The notes under the pieces were generated by a model. It searched no databases, was not told the origin of the DNA, and was given only the letters and a program-made list of their open reading frames with translations. Positions 35,310-47,000 of a stretch of 64,000 nt of DNA are shown here, piece after piece. Source of the stretch: a virus; the IMG/VR virus record IMGVR_UViG_3300032213_002070, positions 1 to 64,000 of that record; one strand, 5' to 3'. A program made the position numbers and the translations under genes. Position 1 is the stretch's first letter; each line of letters starts with the position of its first letter.

Positions 35310-38063
35310 TTACCATGCCGAAGACCAGCCAGCATACTGTGTTTTACTACCTGGCCAAGTTGTATCTTCTATTGACTTTGGTTCCCAATCATGTTGATCT
35401 ACATATAGTTTACCACCTATCGATACACCAATATGACCATATGGTGTTCCTTCTATTTGTCTCCAGAATACCAATGACCCTACCGGAGGATTATTACCGA
35501 CATCATCACCAGCTGCATGGAAAGTAGAATTACTCTTTATCCTATTTAGGTGGTCTTCTGCGGCCCCACCACTAGTCTGTAAGCCGGTAGCTGAAACTAA
35601 TCCACCATCATTAGGATCGAGTTCTTCCCAAGCTTTATTTATCAAATCTGTTTTAGCATCCGAGAAAAGACCTAGCGCTGCTGACAGTATTCTAGCAAAT
35701 TTTTCACAACCGATCTCCCATCCGCTGGTAGCATCGCCTTGCAATTGAGCCGTGTTTTTATTTTTCCAATAGGTGATATAAGAAGGTGCCCTATTAGCTT
35801 TTAGCCAATCTGCGCATGCTTTAATATCGGCCTTAGTAAATGGTGGTTGCATGGAACCACTGCCTTGCTCCTTCACTATCACTACTGAACCAGCTGACTG
35901 AATAGGGGCTGAAGTTTTTTCATTCTTTAATGATCCACCTTCGCCTGTTCCGACTTTTGGATGATCATAATATACATCGCCTAAAATCCAACCTTCTATA
36001 TAATTTTTTGTTCTTGGATTTTTTGTTGGTAAATTTTTTCTAACCCAAGCAACTAACGTTTCATAAGTCTTTCCAGTTGTTAAATATGCGTCCACTGCAA
36101 TTTGAAATTTTGTATTAAAAATAAATCCGCAGTCAGAACGAGGAGTTTTATTTGCATTTAAGTAATCGCCCCATGGATAGAAAATAGCTGAATCATCAAT
36201 TTTTTTACCAGGAGTTCTACCCATTTTAGTATATAGAGAATACACCTGATTTACTGGGTACCATATTTTATCATCAGTAGAAATTTTTCCATCTTGTTTT
36301 AGTTCATTTATCTTCTTTAATACTGCCTGAGGATCCCAAGATGCAGAATCTGCAGATACATAAGCTAATGATGACGCATAGATGCTTTGCGGATTAACTT
36401 TAGTCCCATCAAAATAAATCAAAACTTTATTTTTTTCACCGTTAGATCCAGTAATAGGTATTTGTGACTTTAGATTATACTGAAATAATCCAAAAGAATA
36501 ATCACTACCAACACCATTCCATGCTGAAGTTTTTAAACTACCTTCTCTTGCGGAAACTGCGCACATTATTGCTGCAGCTTCATCACTTAGTGGCCCATAG
36601 TCTGGATCTCTTAACATTGCGTAAAGTTCATTAACGGTTAAATCTCCACCACCATTTTTATAATTGGTAAAAGCTTTTTGTTTAGCTGTTTCTGCATTCC
36701 CTCCAGCATCGTTTCCTGATCCTCCCGAACCAGAGTTCCCGCTATCAGCAGATGAAGTAGTCCATCCTACAGCGCCCATATATTGTCCTGCTCTTTGCGG
36801 GCTAAAACTTATATGTATATTGTTTGTGTGTTCTGTCCCTGCTTCAAAATTTACGAATTTAAGGGTTGGATACTTTTGTCTAATAGCGGTACTTGCGGTA
36901 TCGTACCCCTGCATCACTCCAAGATCTTTTGCTACATCTGGACTTATGATTATTAAATCAGGTAAGAGTGGAGTGGGTAAGGTGGACAGTTTGTCCAAGA
37001 AGGTAAACAAAGCTGCTGAGTAAACAGCTTTGCTCTTACCTATATTGTTAACGCTGCCGACTTTGGTTACATCAAAAGCCCTACCGAATGCATGGTCAGA
37101 TATAGAGTTTTTATTTTTTTTATCTAAATATTTTTCTGGACTAAGATTTTGATCGCTTTTATCGTTTTCGGATAAGCTAATTCTATTTAAACCAAAAGAA
37201 CCATTAACGTCTACACCCTTAGTTGGGTCTACTAACATGAGTAAACACTCTATAAGAGCAGCTGATATATAGGCTTGCGTCGATGGAGCGCTAATAGTTT
37301 CTGAATTAACATCTTGGGAAATGCCATCAGTTGGAGGAAAATAAGAACTAGTTTGGCTAAATGCATACGTAGATAGCTTGTCAGGTATATCAAATTGAAA
37401 ACCCAAAACTAACGCTGGCTCGTTTAAAGATGCCTTTAATAGAGTTCCTCGATCTATGTACATTTGCCTTTCTTCATCAGATAGTTCCGATACAGCAGCA
37501 ACTGCTCTTTCTCCTAGACTTGGTGCCGTAGCATCTATAGTGTAGGTTATATTATTGTGAGACCAAGTAATTCCATTTGAATCTCCAACTTGGGATTGAG
37601 TCCCATTTCCTGGCCATTTACCATCTACTGAATCTGACAATGGACTTATTGAACCAGTAGGAGTAAAACTAGTTCCCATTATTGATCCAGATACGGCTTT
37701 CAGATATGCTTCGTGGCCAGTAAGAATTGCAGTTTTAGCATCCTCCTTGGATGTTCCTTGATAATCTGGATTAGCTATCTGGAAAGCATCGCCGGCTTGG
37801 TATCCTACGGATAAAATTCCGTCTAAAGAAGATTTTATAAATTTAGATGTTGCATCTGCAACTGCTGCTGGGTTTCTATTTAATGCACCCCCTGCCATTA
37901 TATCTGTTAGATTTCTAGAGGTCAATGTTTGATTAGCGTATTTATCTACAGATGCTGTAGTCTTTAAACTTGCTGCACCATCTGGATTATAAGACTCACT
38001 AATTTGATTAGTTAAAGAAGCCGAATCATTTAAGTGACTTATATCAAAACCAAAATCAGACAT
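35310..38063 (-). CDS. tail-associated multi-domain peptidoglycan hydrolase (M15-like peptidase + lysozyme/SLT-like + CHAP/NlpC-like)
   Basis: SDHAFGRAFD...HTNNIHIS; AVSAREGS...SFGLFQYN; GCEKFA...PPVGSLVFW...YGHIGVS. Confidence 0.7.
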   Translation of the reverse strand: MSDFGFDISHLNDSASLTNQISESYNPDGAASLKTTASVDKYANQTLTSRNLTDIMAGGALNRNPAAVADATSKFIKSSLDGILSVGYQAGDAFQIANPDYQGTSKEDAKTAILTGHEAYLKAVSGSIMGTSFTPTGSISPLSDSVDGKWPGNGTQSQVGDSNGITWSHNNITYTIDATAPSLGERAVAAVSELSDEERQMYIDRGTLLKASLNEPALVLGFQFDIPDKLSTYAFSQTSSYFPPTDGISQDVNSETISAPSTQAYISAALIECLLMLVDPTKGVDVNGSFGLNRISLSENDKSDQNLSPEKYLDKKNKNSISDHAFGRAFDVTKVGSVNNIGKSKAVYSAALFTFLDKLSTLPTPLLPDLIIISPDVAKDLGVMQGYDTASTAIRQKYPTLKFVNFEAGTEHTNNIHISFSPQRAGQYMGAVGWTTSSADSGNSGSGGSGNDAGGNAETAKQKAFTNYKNGGGDLTVNELYAMLRDPDYGPLSDEAAAIMCAVSAREGSLKTSAWNGVGSDYSFGLFQYNLKSQIPITGSNGEKNKVLIYFDGTKVNPQSIYASSLAYVSADSASWDPQAVLKKINELKQDGKISTDDKIWYPVNQVYSLYTKMGRTPGKKIDDSAIFYPWGDYLNANKTPRSDCGFIFNTKFQIAVDAYLTTGKTYETLVAWVRKNLPTKNPRTKNYIEGWILGDVYYDHPKVGTGEGGSLKNEKTSAPIQSAGSVVIVKEQGSGSMQPPFTKADIKACADWLKANRAPSYITYWKNKNTAQLQGDATSGWEIGCEKFARILSAALGLFSDAKTDLINKAWEELDPNDGGLVSATGLQTSGGAAEDHLNRIKSNSTFHAAGDDVGNNPPVGSLVFWRQIEGTPYGHIGVSIGGKLYVDQHDWEPKSIEDTTWPGSKTQYAGWSSAW

Positions 38064-38072
38064 ATTTATTCC

Positions 38073-41000
38073 TTAAAGGGGAGAAGTTGGATTCTGTTGT
38101 TGTAACGTTGGCATCGGGAGTTGATCGTCCAAGCTTATAACAGATGGACGCTCTCTAAGTAGATCTACCGTGTAGACTTGTGCGAGATTATTAACAACTA
38201 ATTCCCAGTTCAAGGTTGCTGGAGATCCATCTTCATAGTACTCATCCCATGATACATATGGCCATTCTGAAGCTTTTGTATTTAAAATATCTATGATTCT
38301 AAAATTAACTAAAATATTAAACAAGAACTTATAATCAGCGGTAAGATTTGCTAGTGGATCATTACTTCCGCTTAAAGTAAAGTATGAATTATTATATGTA
38401 TCTATCAAAGACAATGAATCAAATACTGTATCAAATTTTATAAATAAATTAGAATCTGGATATAGCGTATTTTTAAACTCTGTTTTTATTTGTTCAATAC
38501 TTTTACTGCCTATTACCGAAAAACCACTTGTGGTAAGAAATAATCCTCTTACTTTTTGAATGACTGAATTTAAATCTTGATCAAGTATTTTATAAAAAAC
38601 AGTTCCTAAAGTATCGTCCTTCTTGTTATATGCAGTAGCTTTTTTATAATTCTTTGGTGTATTAATACTTGAACCTGGAGACATTTGATCTTCCGCATAT
38701 ATAGAAACTGAAGATTGATCGTTTGGCGATACTCGAATTACGAAAGGTTTGCCAATCAATCTTTCCTCTACAAATACTGCTGCTCTAGATCCAGCTGCTG
38801 TAGTACTAATTCCTGACTGAGCCTTGCCTTCTGCGTAGGCTTTAAATACGTTAAGACTTGATGCTATGATGCCATCTAATCTTACTATAAACGGAGTACC
38901 TGATGGATCTAATAAGTCTATTACTTCTATCTCGTCAGCATTTAATATCCTATTTAACTTACAAAGAACTTTAAAGAATTGATTTAATCCAGTTTTGTCA
39001 GGCCCTGTTCCTGAATATTTAAGTACTTCTGCGTTGACTAGCGCATTTTCATAACTTGTATATCTAATTAAATCTCCAATTTGTTTTTCTTGCCAACCCA
39101 TATTTTTTAACAAATCATCATATCGTATATAGGCGTTACCTTCTGGAGTTTTAGTTCTAGTTTTAACTCCGAGTATACCCGGAAGAAGTCTTTTTGTGGC
39201 ATATCTACCAACAGTCATACCCTGATTAATAGCTAACCCTGCATCCATCGGTTGTCCATTTTTATTTAAGTATCCAATGTAACATCCGTGTTGATCTAAT
39301 ACGTTGTCCCTAACCCACTTCCAGCCCTTCCACATTAAATCTGCTCCAATTCCGGCACCTAAGCCTGCACCAAATGGACCGCCAACTAGTGATCCAGCTA
39401 TAGCTCCAACGCCAGCTGCACCAATATAAGCTGCTGCAATTCCGGTTAAGCTAGGAGCGCTGTTTTGTGCTTTCATTTGCTTATCTATTTGACTTTGAGC
39501 ATCTGACAAACCTTCGGCTGCAAAGTTAGCCATGATGTCTGACATTAAAGAACTTGATCCATGGGTAAATTGGAGACCACCTAACATTTGCGCACTGAGT
39601 GCTTGATGTATACCGTCAACAGATATATTTCCACCAGATAATATTCCAGTATTTCCAGCTTGAACAGAGTTGATAATCATCTTTGTATCATTTCTCATAT
39701 TCTGTAATGAAAAATATGAATGCACCCATGATGACATAAACCATCTTGCTGGATCATTTACCGTAACAAATGCGTTAGGTGTTATTGATGTTATAAAACC
39801 TAAATCTGAAGTAAAATGATGTACTACTTGTTCTACTTCAAATATTCCATACATCCTCTCATAGACATCAGCAAGGTATACTAGGTCATGAGGGCGTATA
39901 TCTGGACTACCTATAACCACTATTTCTCCACTATATATATCTTTTAGTGATTCTTTAAGATGCGCTAAACCAACTCTTTTTGCCATTAATTCATCTGGAG
40001 CACCTTGCGATAATTTGATTGCTCCTCTTGCAAATTCTATAGGATGAAATAGTGGTTGAGCTATACCAAATAAACCATCACCAGCAACGTTATCAAAGTA
40101 TATACCTGTTTCTACTGTTTTCTCTACTTGTCTTTCTGAAGGTATACTCTTGTCTAATGCTACGGTCACTGGATACTTTCCATCTGAGACAGCCGTTATT
40201 TGGGTTGCAACATCTATTGTGCTTTCTTGTATTTGATTAGTTAGAATATGAGAGAATGAATTTATATAATGCATCTTCTGGAAAGGCTCACGTATTTCTA
40301 CAACTGGTTCTCCGTACTCTCTTGTAAACGGATTATCTGTTGCCCTCAATAGGGAACCAGCTCTTCCTAATGAATAATAGATAGAATCATTTAATGCTCT
40401 ATTTAATATATTAGCTTGTTTGGTAAAATTATCCAATTCAGATAATCCATATCCAGTCTGGACCATAGACATTCTAAACATAGATAATAATCCTGATAGT
40501 CCATCGCTAATTGCTGTAAAAATTGGTCCTATATTGTTGTTCCAAAATTCTCCAGTATTATGAGTGAGAACACCTAGAATGTTTCCAGCACTATTGCCCT
40601 CGCCTTTATTTCCTGCTAATAACTTTAAGAATTTCTTTTTGTCTGAAGAATAATTTTGATTAGGATCTATAAAAGCTGCAAAAACTTTATTTACTGGACT
40701 AAAATCCCACATGTCATCACTAGAATATTTTCTGTTAGGCTTTAAAACCAACCATGCTCTAGCATATGGATCTTGCCACATCGCTTGTCTAAACATTCCT
40801 ACTATAAGTAGAAATACTTGTTTTGCAGTAAAATTTTCAGTAATGATATCATCTACTTTTTTAGCTCCACCAGAAATATCAGAACCAAAAATAATATTTA
40901 TATTTGTTTGAGATTGTAAGAATAAACCTAATTTCTTATATTTAGATTTAGCTAAAACATCAAAGTATTTAATCAATCCACCTTGATCAACAGGAGCATC

Positions 41001-44000
41001 AATCAAATTTTTTCTAGCATATTCTATGGCTGCTTTTACATCATGTATATCAGTTGTAATAGTTCTTTTAACACCTTCAATTATAGTTGTGGCTGGTACT
41101 GGTCCCGTTATGCCTTGATTATTAGTATTAATAAAATCACTGCCTAGTAACATTGCAAATTCATCTTCAGCTGTTTTGTTTGTTGAGCTAAATGGTTTGA
41201 ATATTGCTACGTCTTTAGTTGGATCTCTTAATATATCAATAATAACTTTTGGCATTGGTTCAACATTCTCTGGGTCTAGCCCAAATGCATCAAAAAATAT
41301 TTTCTTAACTGCATCATATGTATGGTAGCCAAATCTAAATTGATCCCAGACATCATTAGCCTGTGCTAGTGTTCTACCATTACCCGCTATGACATGAGTG
41401 CTATTGCTGAATCCCTCATCAAAGAATGCTCTTGCATCAACTGACTCTTTTGAAGATGGATCATAAACTGGAGCAAATCGCGTTCTTCCAGATGCAGAAT
41501 CTTTATTTCCAGTTGTTGCAAGTTCTGAGTCAAGGATATCCCATAGGGCTTTTCTATCAAGACTGTTATAACCATTTTTTTCTGCGTTAATAACCATATC
41601 AAAATAGCCGTTTTGTTGTCCATCTTTTGCAAGAATGTTACCACCCATAGCTGCAGCAGAAGCATAAAAGTTATTATCTAATAATGTTATACCGCCAGTT
41701 GGAACAAATTCTAACCATTGAGTATTGAATGCGTCAAGCACTGTACCTGATATGGCCTGTGATCTTTCAAGCGCATCGGGAGACATATGATCTGAATACT
41801 TAGTTAAAGAAGCTAATTCTGCTTCCATTTTTCCTGAATCTGTAGAATTTTGAAATCTTCCAAACCCAATAATTTTGTCATTTTCGTGATCAGTTTTACC
41901 ATCGTAATTTGTTTTAAATTCAGTAGTTGGATTTTGGAGTGTTGTGACTACACCTAAAGGTATTGAATCATCAACAAATGTAAAATAACACTCTCTAGGG
42001 ATGGGCATTGGTGCTAACCCTGCATTTATTGCAGCGGTTGCTGCGGTTATATAAGCGCCGCCACCAGGGGCATTCATCTTATATGCTTGATCGGTACTTT
42101 GACTACCACCTTGTGGATCGTTTAACCAACGTTTTTTTTCAGTTTCCGTTAAATGCATTAGGCCTAAAAAATATGCTGCGTCAGGAGATACTATGGCGGT
42201 TGTACCATAGGTAAACTCACTATAGGTTGTTTCTCCCTCGCCCCATAAAAAGTATGCTGGCCTACAAACAACTGCAGTTTTAGTTACTGGACTATAAACT
42301 AAAACTTTTCTTTTTTTGTAATCGTCTATAGTTCCGCAGAAATCTTTATCGTCATAATCGGAAAAATATTCCTGCTTAAACTTTTTAAACATTTCATCAT
42401 TAAGATCTTCAGTTATCTTATATGGCCATTTCATTGCTATATAAAACTGTTCATCTAAAGGAGTAGAAGGGGAACCCCAATCTCTATAGCTAAATTTATT
42501 ACTAGAAGTAATTTTACTTTCGTTTATATAATCATATTCCCAAGAACCATCTGAAACAGTTTGTTCATTTTTCATTAATGGTAATGGCATTCTTATGATT
42601 GCTTTATTGGAAGATAGTGACCCAGCTGTAGCAATATTGAACACAAAATTATCACTACCAAACACTGCTATTGGATCTACTGAGGCTTTAAACACTGGAG
42701 CTGTGAGCGTAATTGAAAATTCTTCATCGGAATCTCCGGAAGACTCTTGTATCTTTTCCGTCAAAGGAGTGGTTCCTTTTAATAAAGAAGCTTCAGTGAT
42801 TAGCAGATTGACATATAAAGTATCTTTTTGAAGACCAGTATGCGAGTGTCCAGTCCCTGAAGCTATATCGCCAGAAGCAAAAAATGCATAGTCCTTTAAC
42901 GGAGCTGAAGTTAATCTGTCTGTAAAATAGGGAAAAGCGTACCTTAATGGCATTTGTTCTATTTCAAAATGTTCTGAATGCGGTTCAGAAATATCAATTT
43001 CTGTTTTCTTTCCATCTGGGTCTATAGGTAAGTGGAAGCCTATGCCTACGAATCCTTTATTCTTAGGAATTTTTGCAACAATTTTTTTCTTACTATCTTG
43101 ATAAATAAGTCTATTTGGATCAGTAAGACGAATAACTTTACCTTTTAATATTCCCGCTGGAGCATATACGTTTGAAGCATTTAGTTGGTCGTTAACTATC
43201 GTACTCAACGTTGTTAAAGGATTTCTTGCATTTCTAAATGCATCGTAGTCTGCTTTAGAATTAGAAGTTTGTTGAATCTTATTCATGATATCCATTACTT
43301 GGCTATCTGGATTAATCGGCCTTGGTGTTGTAATGCCTAATTCTATTGCTCTTTTTTCAGAAGGAAAACCTGTAGTAATAGGAACTACACCAGATGTATA
43401 TAACCAGTGTGGTTTTCCATAAAATATAGTTGATCTATCTTCAAATGGTCTTACGGCAACAATATAATTTGGAAGAAGTCTTGCGCATGTTTGAAATAAA
43501 TCCCATACAGATTTCATATAAGTTTGAGCTCTAAATGAAACCTCGTCAAATCCTGGCATGTCGTCATCTAAGTCGCTAACCAAACCAAATGTTTTCCAAA
43601 TATTTACTCCGCCTCTTCCGCTAATTGAACCAAGCAAACTTGCGCCACCACCTGCAGCAAGTGTTCCACCTATGACCGGAAGAGCAAGACCGCCGGTTCC
43701 AAAAGCTAATGCTGCACCGATACCAAGGGTTAAGCCTCCCAGAACTGCTGAAGTACCTCCACCCGATTGCTTTACTCCCATTCCAGCAGTTAGCGTATCT
43801 AGTGTTGCAGATGCTGGAGCGCTACCTGCATTGTACTTTCTTAAAACATCATTCCATGAGGCATCGGTTAATCTATTTAAATAATCTAACCTAGTATTTG
43901 GCATATCTTCTGGAGTTAATGTTGCGGCGTTTGCCCAGCCGTCACCTAAGTCGCCGCCTAAGAATTGAGCCACACCTGTTCCATTACCTGGATAAATATT

Positions 44001-47000
44001 TCTCTTAAAGAGTTCAAGATCTCTTGATGAAGAAAAGTTAGCCCACATAGTTCTCATCATTCCAAGTACACCTGTACGGGTTTCGATACCAATAGCTCCT
44101 CCAGCTACAGTCCCACCTATTGCACCAATAGGAAGTCCTGCCAGTCCACCGGTTAGACCAATAGCTCCACCAACAGCTGCAATTCCTGCAACTTGAGCTG
44201 CAGTAGAAAGACCTGGTATACCGCTACCTTGGCCAACATTTAACATTGCGTCTGAAATTGTGTTTCTTAATAGTGAACTTCTATTTAATTCTATTTCATT
44301 TAAAGGTTCATATAAGATTGTTCCAAAATGTTTAATACCAAATTTATTTTCGGAAAAAACCATACCTCTAGTTGATTGAGCAAATGCTTCTCTAGTTCTA
44401 GAAGTACCCATAGATAATAGTCGTACCATTAAATCTCGCGGTTCAGATAAATATAAACCAGTATTTAAACCACCATCTATGTGACCACTGTCGCCCTTTT
44501 TATCGGTAGAGTTTACGACAGGGCTTAACTCAATTGCATCTGACTGGCACGTAACGGTAACTTCTTCTCCAAGTTCAACTTCCGTAATAACACCATTAAA
44601 GAGAGTATGCAGTGAGTTTGGATTAGAACCATAACCACCTCTAAGATGTATTCTAACACCTGGTTTTAATCTTATATTTTCTATATTAACAACATATTGA
44701 CTTTCCATATGACCAAGAATATTTCTTGCGTTATTTAATGTTTGATCAATAACGTTTTCCATGCCTTGAGCTAACGAGAATACGTTGGTCCCTGCAGCTG
44801 CGTTTGTTTCTCCTGGTCCACTAAATAGTGTTGTTATTTCTTTAGTGCTTAATTTGGCGTACATGTTAGATATCTTTAATATTAAAGTATCTCCTAGTAT
44901 ATCTTCGGAAGATACAATAGAAAATTCAGAAACAGATTGCAGACCATAAAAATTATCAAACAATTTAGTTCCAGCAAAATTGCCCTCTGATATTAACCAC
45001 AACATGTAGGTTGGAAACGCTCTGATCATTCTGCCTGATAGATCTCTATACGATGTATCTAACATCATTTTTTCCCAATGATTAGACACAGCTTTAGAAT
45101 GTCCTGGATCACCCATTGTTTCAGGCTTGCTAGAATCCCCACTGGAAAAAGCGTATTGGTATTCCGATAGTGCTTTTGCACCAGGTATACCAGTCAAAGA
45201 TTTAGTTGTACCATTGTCTGGAGTTTGACTATCGCTGTAGCCAATGTAGCTAACTGACCCATCTTTTTTGACAGCTACATCATCTATTGTAAGATAAAAT
45301 CTTCCATTTGTTTTATCGATATATCCAAATTGATATCCATCTGCAGTTTGAATCATTGAAGGTATCTTGTTATCTAAACCATTTGATACGGCAGAAAAAC
45401 TATGAATAACCGCATGCGCATCAAGATCATCTGGGTCAAAACTTATTAAATTGTCTGCATTGAATGGATCATCTTTATTGGTTCCACTTAAGGCTGCTGT
45501 AAGTTTTGCCTTAGCCTGTACATCGGATGATGATACTGAGCCGACTTGAAATTTTCCAGAAGAAATATTATAGTTTAAACCAGATAGGTCTGAGTTATTA
45601 AACTCTTTTTCATCTAAAGAATCAACATAACTTAAAAGGAATTTATCAGTAGTGTCACCCATTAATGCTGCTTCTATATAAGATGCAGTTTTTGCAGCGT
45701 CAAGACCTAAGGTTCCAGATGAATAAGCTTTTAATCCTTTTATATCATTATTCTTAATATAATCTTTAAACTTTTCTATAATAGCAGTATTTTGATAAAC
45801 CATACTGCCATGACCTGTACCGGCACCGAAAACTATTTTTCCACCTAAATCTATTTTTTCTATATTTAATCTATCTAATTTTCCATTATTTGATTTTATA
45901 TTATTTACTACATCGTTATCTAACATTTGAAAACTTCTAAAATAAAAATCTGGATCCAGACAACCTACTACACCACCAGAATTATCTCTTACTTCTAGGG
46001 GAAAATCTGGATATGAATTTGTTGCGCCCCACAATTGCTTGATGCGTAAGAACGGATTCTTTTTAGTTCCAAAATTTTCTATTAGATTTTTCTGTGCTTC
46101 TGAAGAAAGACTTTCGCGTTTCTGTTGAAATATATCAAAATCTATTAATCGAAGTTGTACATCATATACGTGAGGATAGTTTTCTTTTGTTGTTATATTA
46201 AAGTTTAAAGGAAGAACATATTTTACTCCAGCTAATGCAGTAATAATATTTTTAATTCCTAAGAATCCTAATACGCCAGTGGCGTGTTCTAAACGAGCTA
46301 AACCATTAATGTGCTCAAATATTTTTCTTAATTTAATTAATTCGCTTTCACCAATTATGGTCATGGAAATATTTATACGTGTATCTCCACCGCCAACGTG
46401 TTGATACGTTGGTTCTTCTTGCATCTGTAATTGTAGTGGGACTATATTATTAGACATTGATACAGATACGCCTGTGACAATAGCTTTTGTTGGGTCAAGA
46501 TCCACTTTAACCATTGGCACTTCCCATTCTCTAAAGTGGAATGAACCTGCTCTTTCTCTAGCGGCTTCTAATAAATCTCTTATAGGGCCACTCTTAAAAA
46601 ATCTTTCATAAACAGTTGCGCTGAACGCAGCGGCATATTGTTTTTTCCAGTGATCTTTTCTATTGTCTTTCCAACCTTGATCATCCTGTTTACCGTTGTT
46701 TAGTGCATCGCTTTCTACGCTTTCGTTAACAAGAAAATCTAAATAAGTTTCAGTTTTTTCAGCGGTCTTTTTTAAAAGAAGTTTCCAATCATTTAAACTC
46801 CACCCACTATGTGTTATGGTTCCATATCTATAATCGTATGCTGTAGATGTGTACGCATTAGTATTAGTATCCATATCGTAAATAAAGTTTTTTTCATCTG
46901 TATTTAAGATGGGGTTTTGAAGAACAAAACTTCTAGCCAAAAAAGCGTACGCTTGTTTTTGGAAATCTTTAGAACTACGTCCAGCAGTAAGAATATCAAT

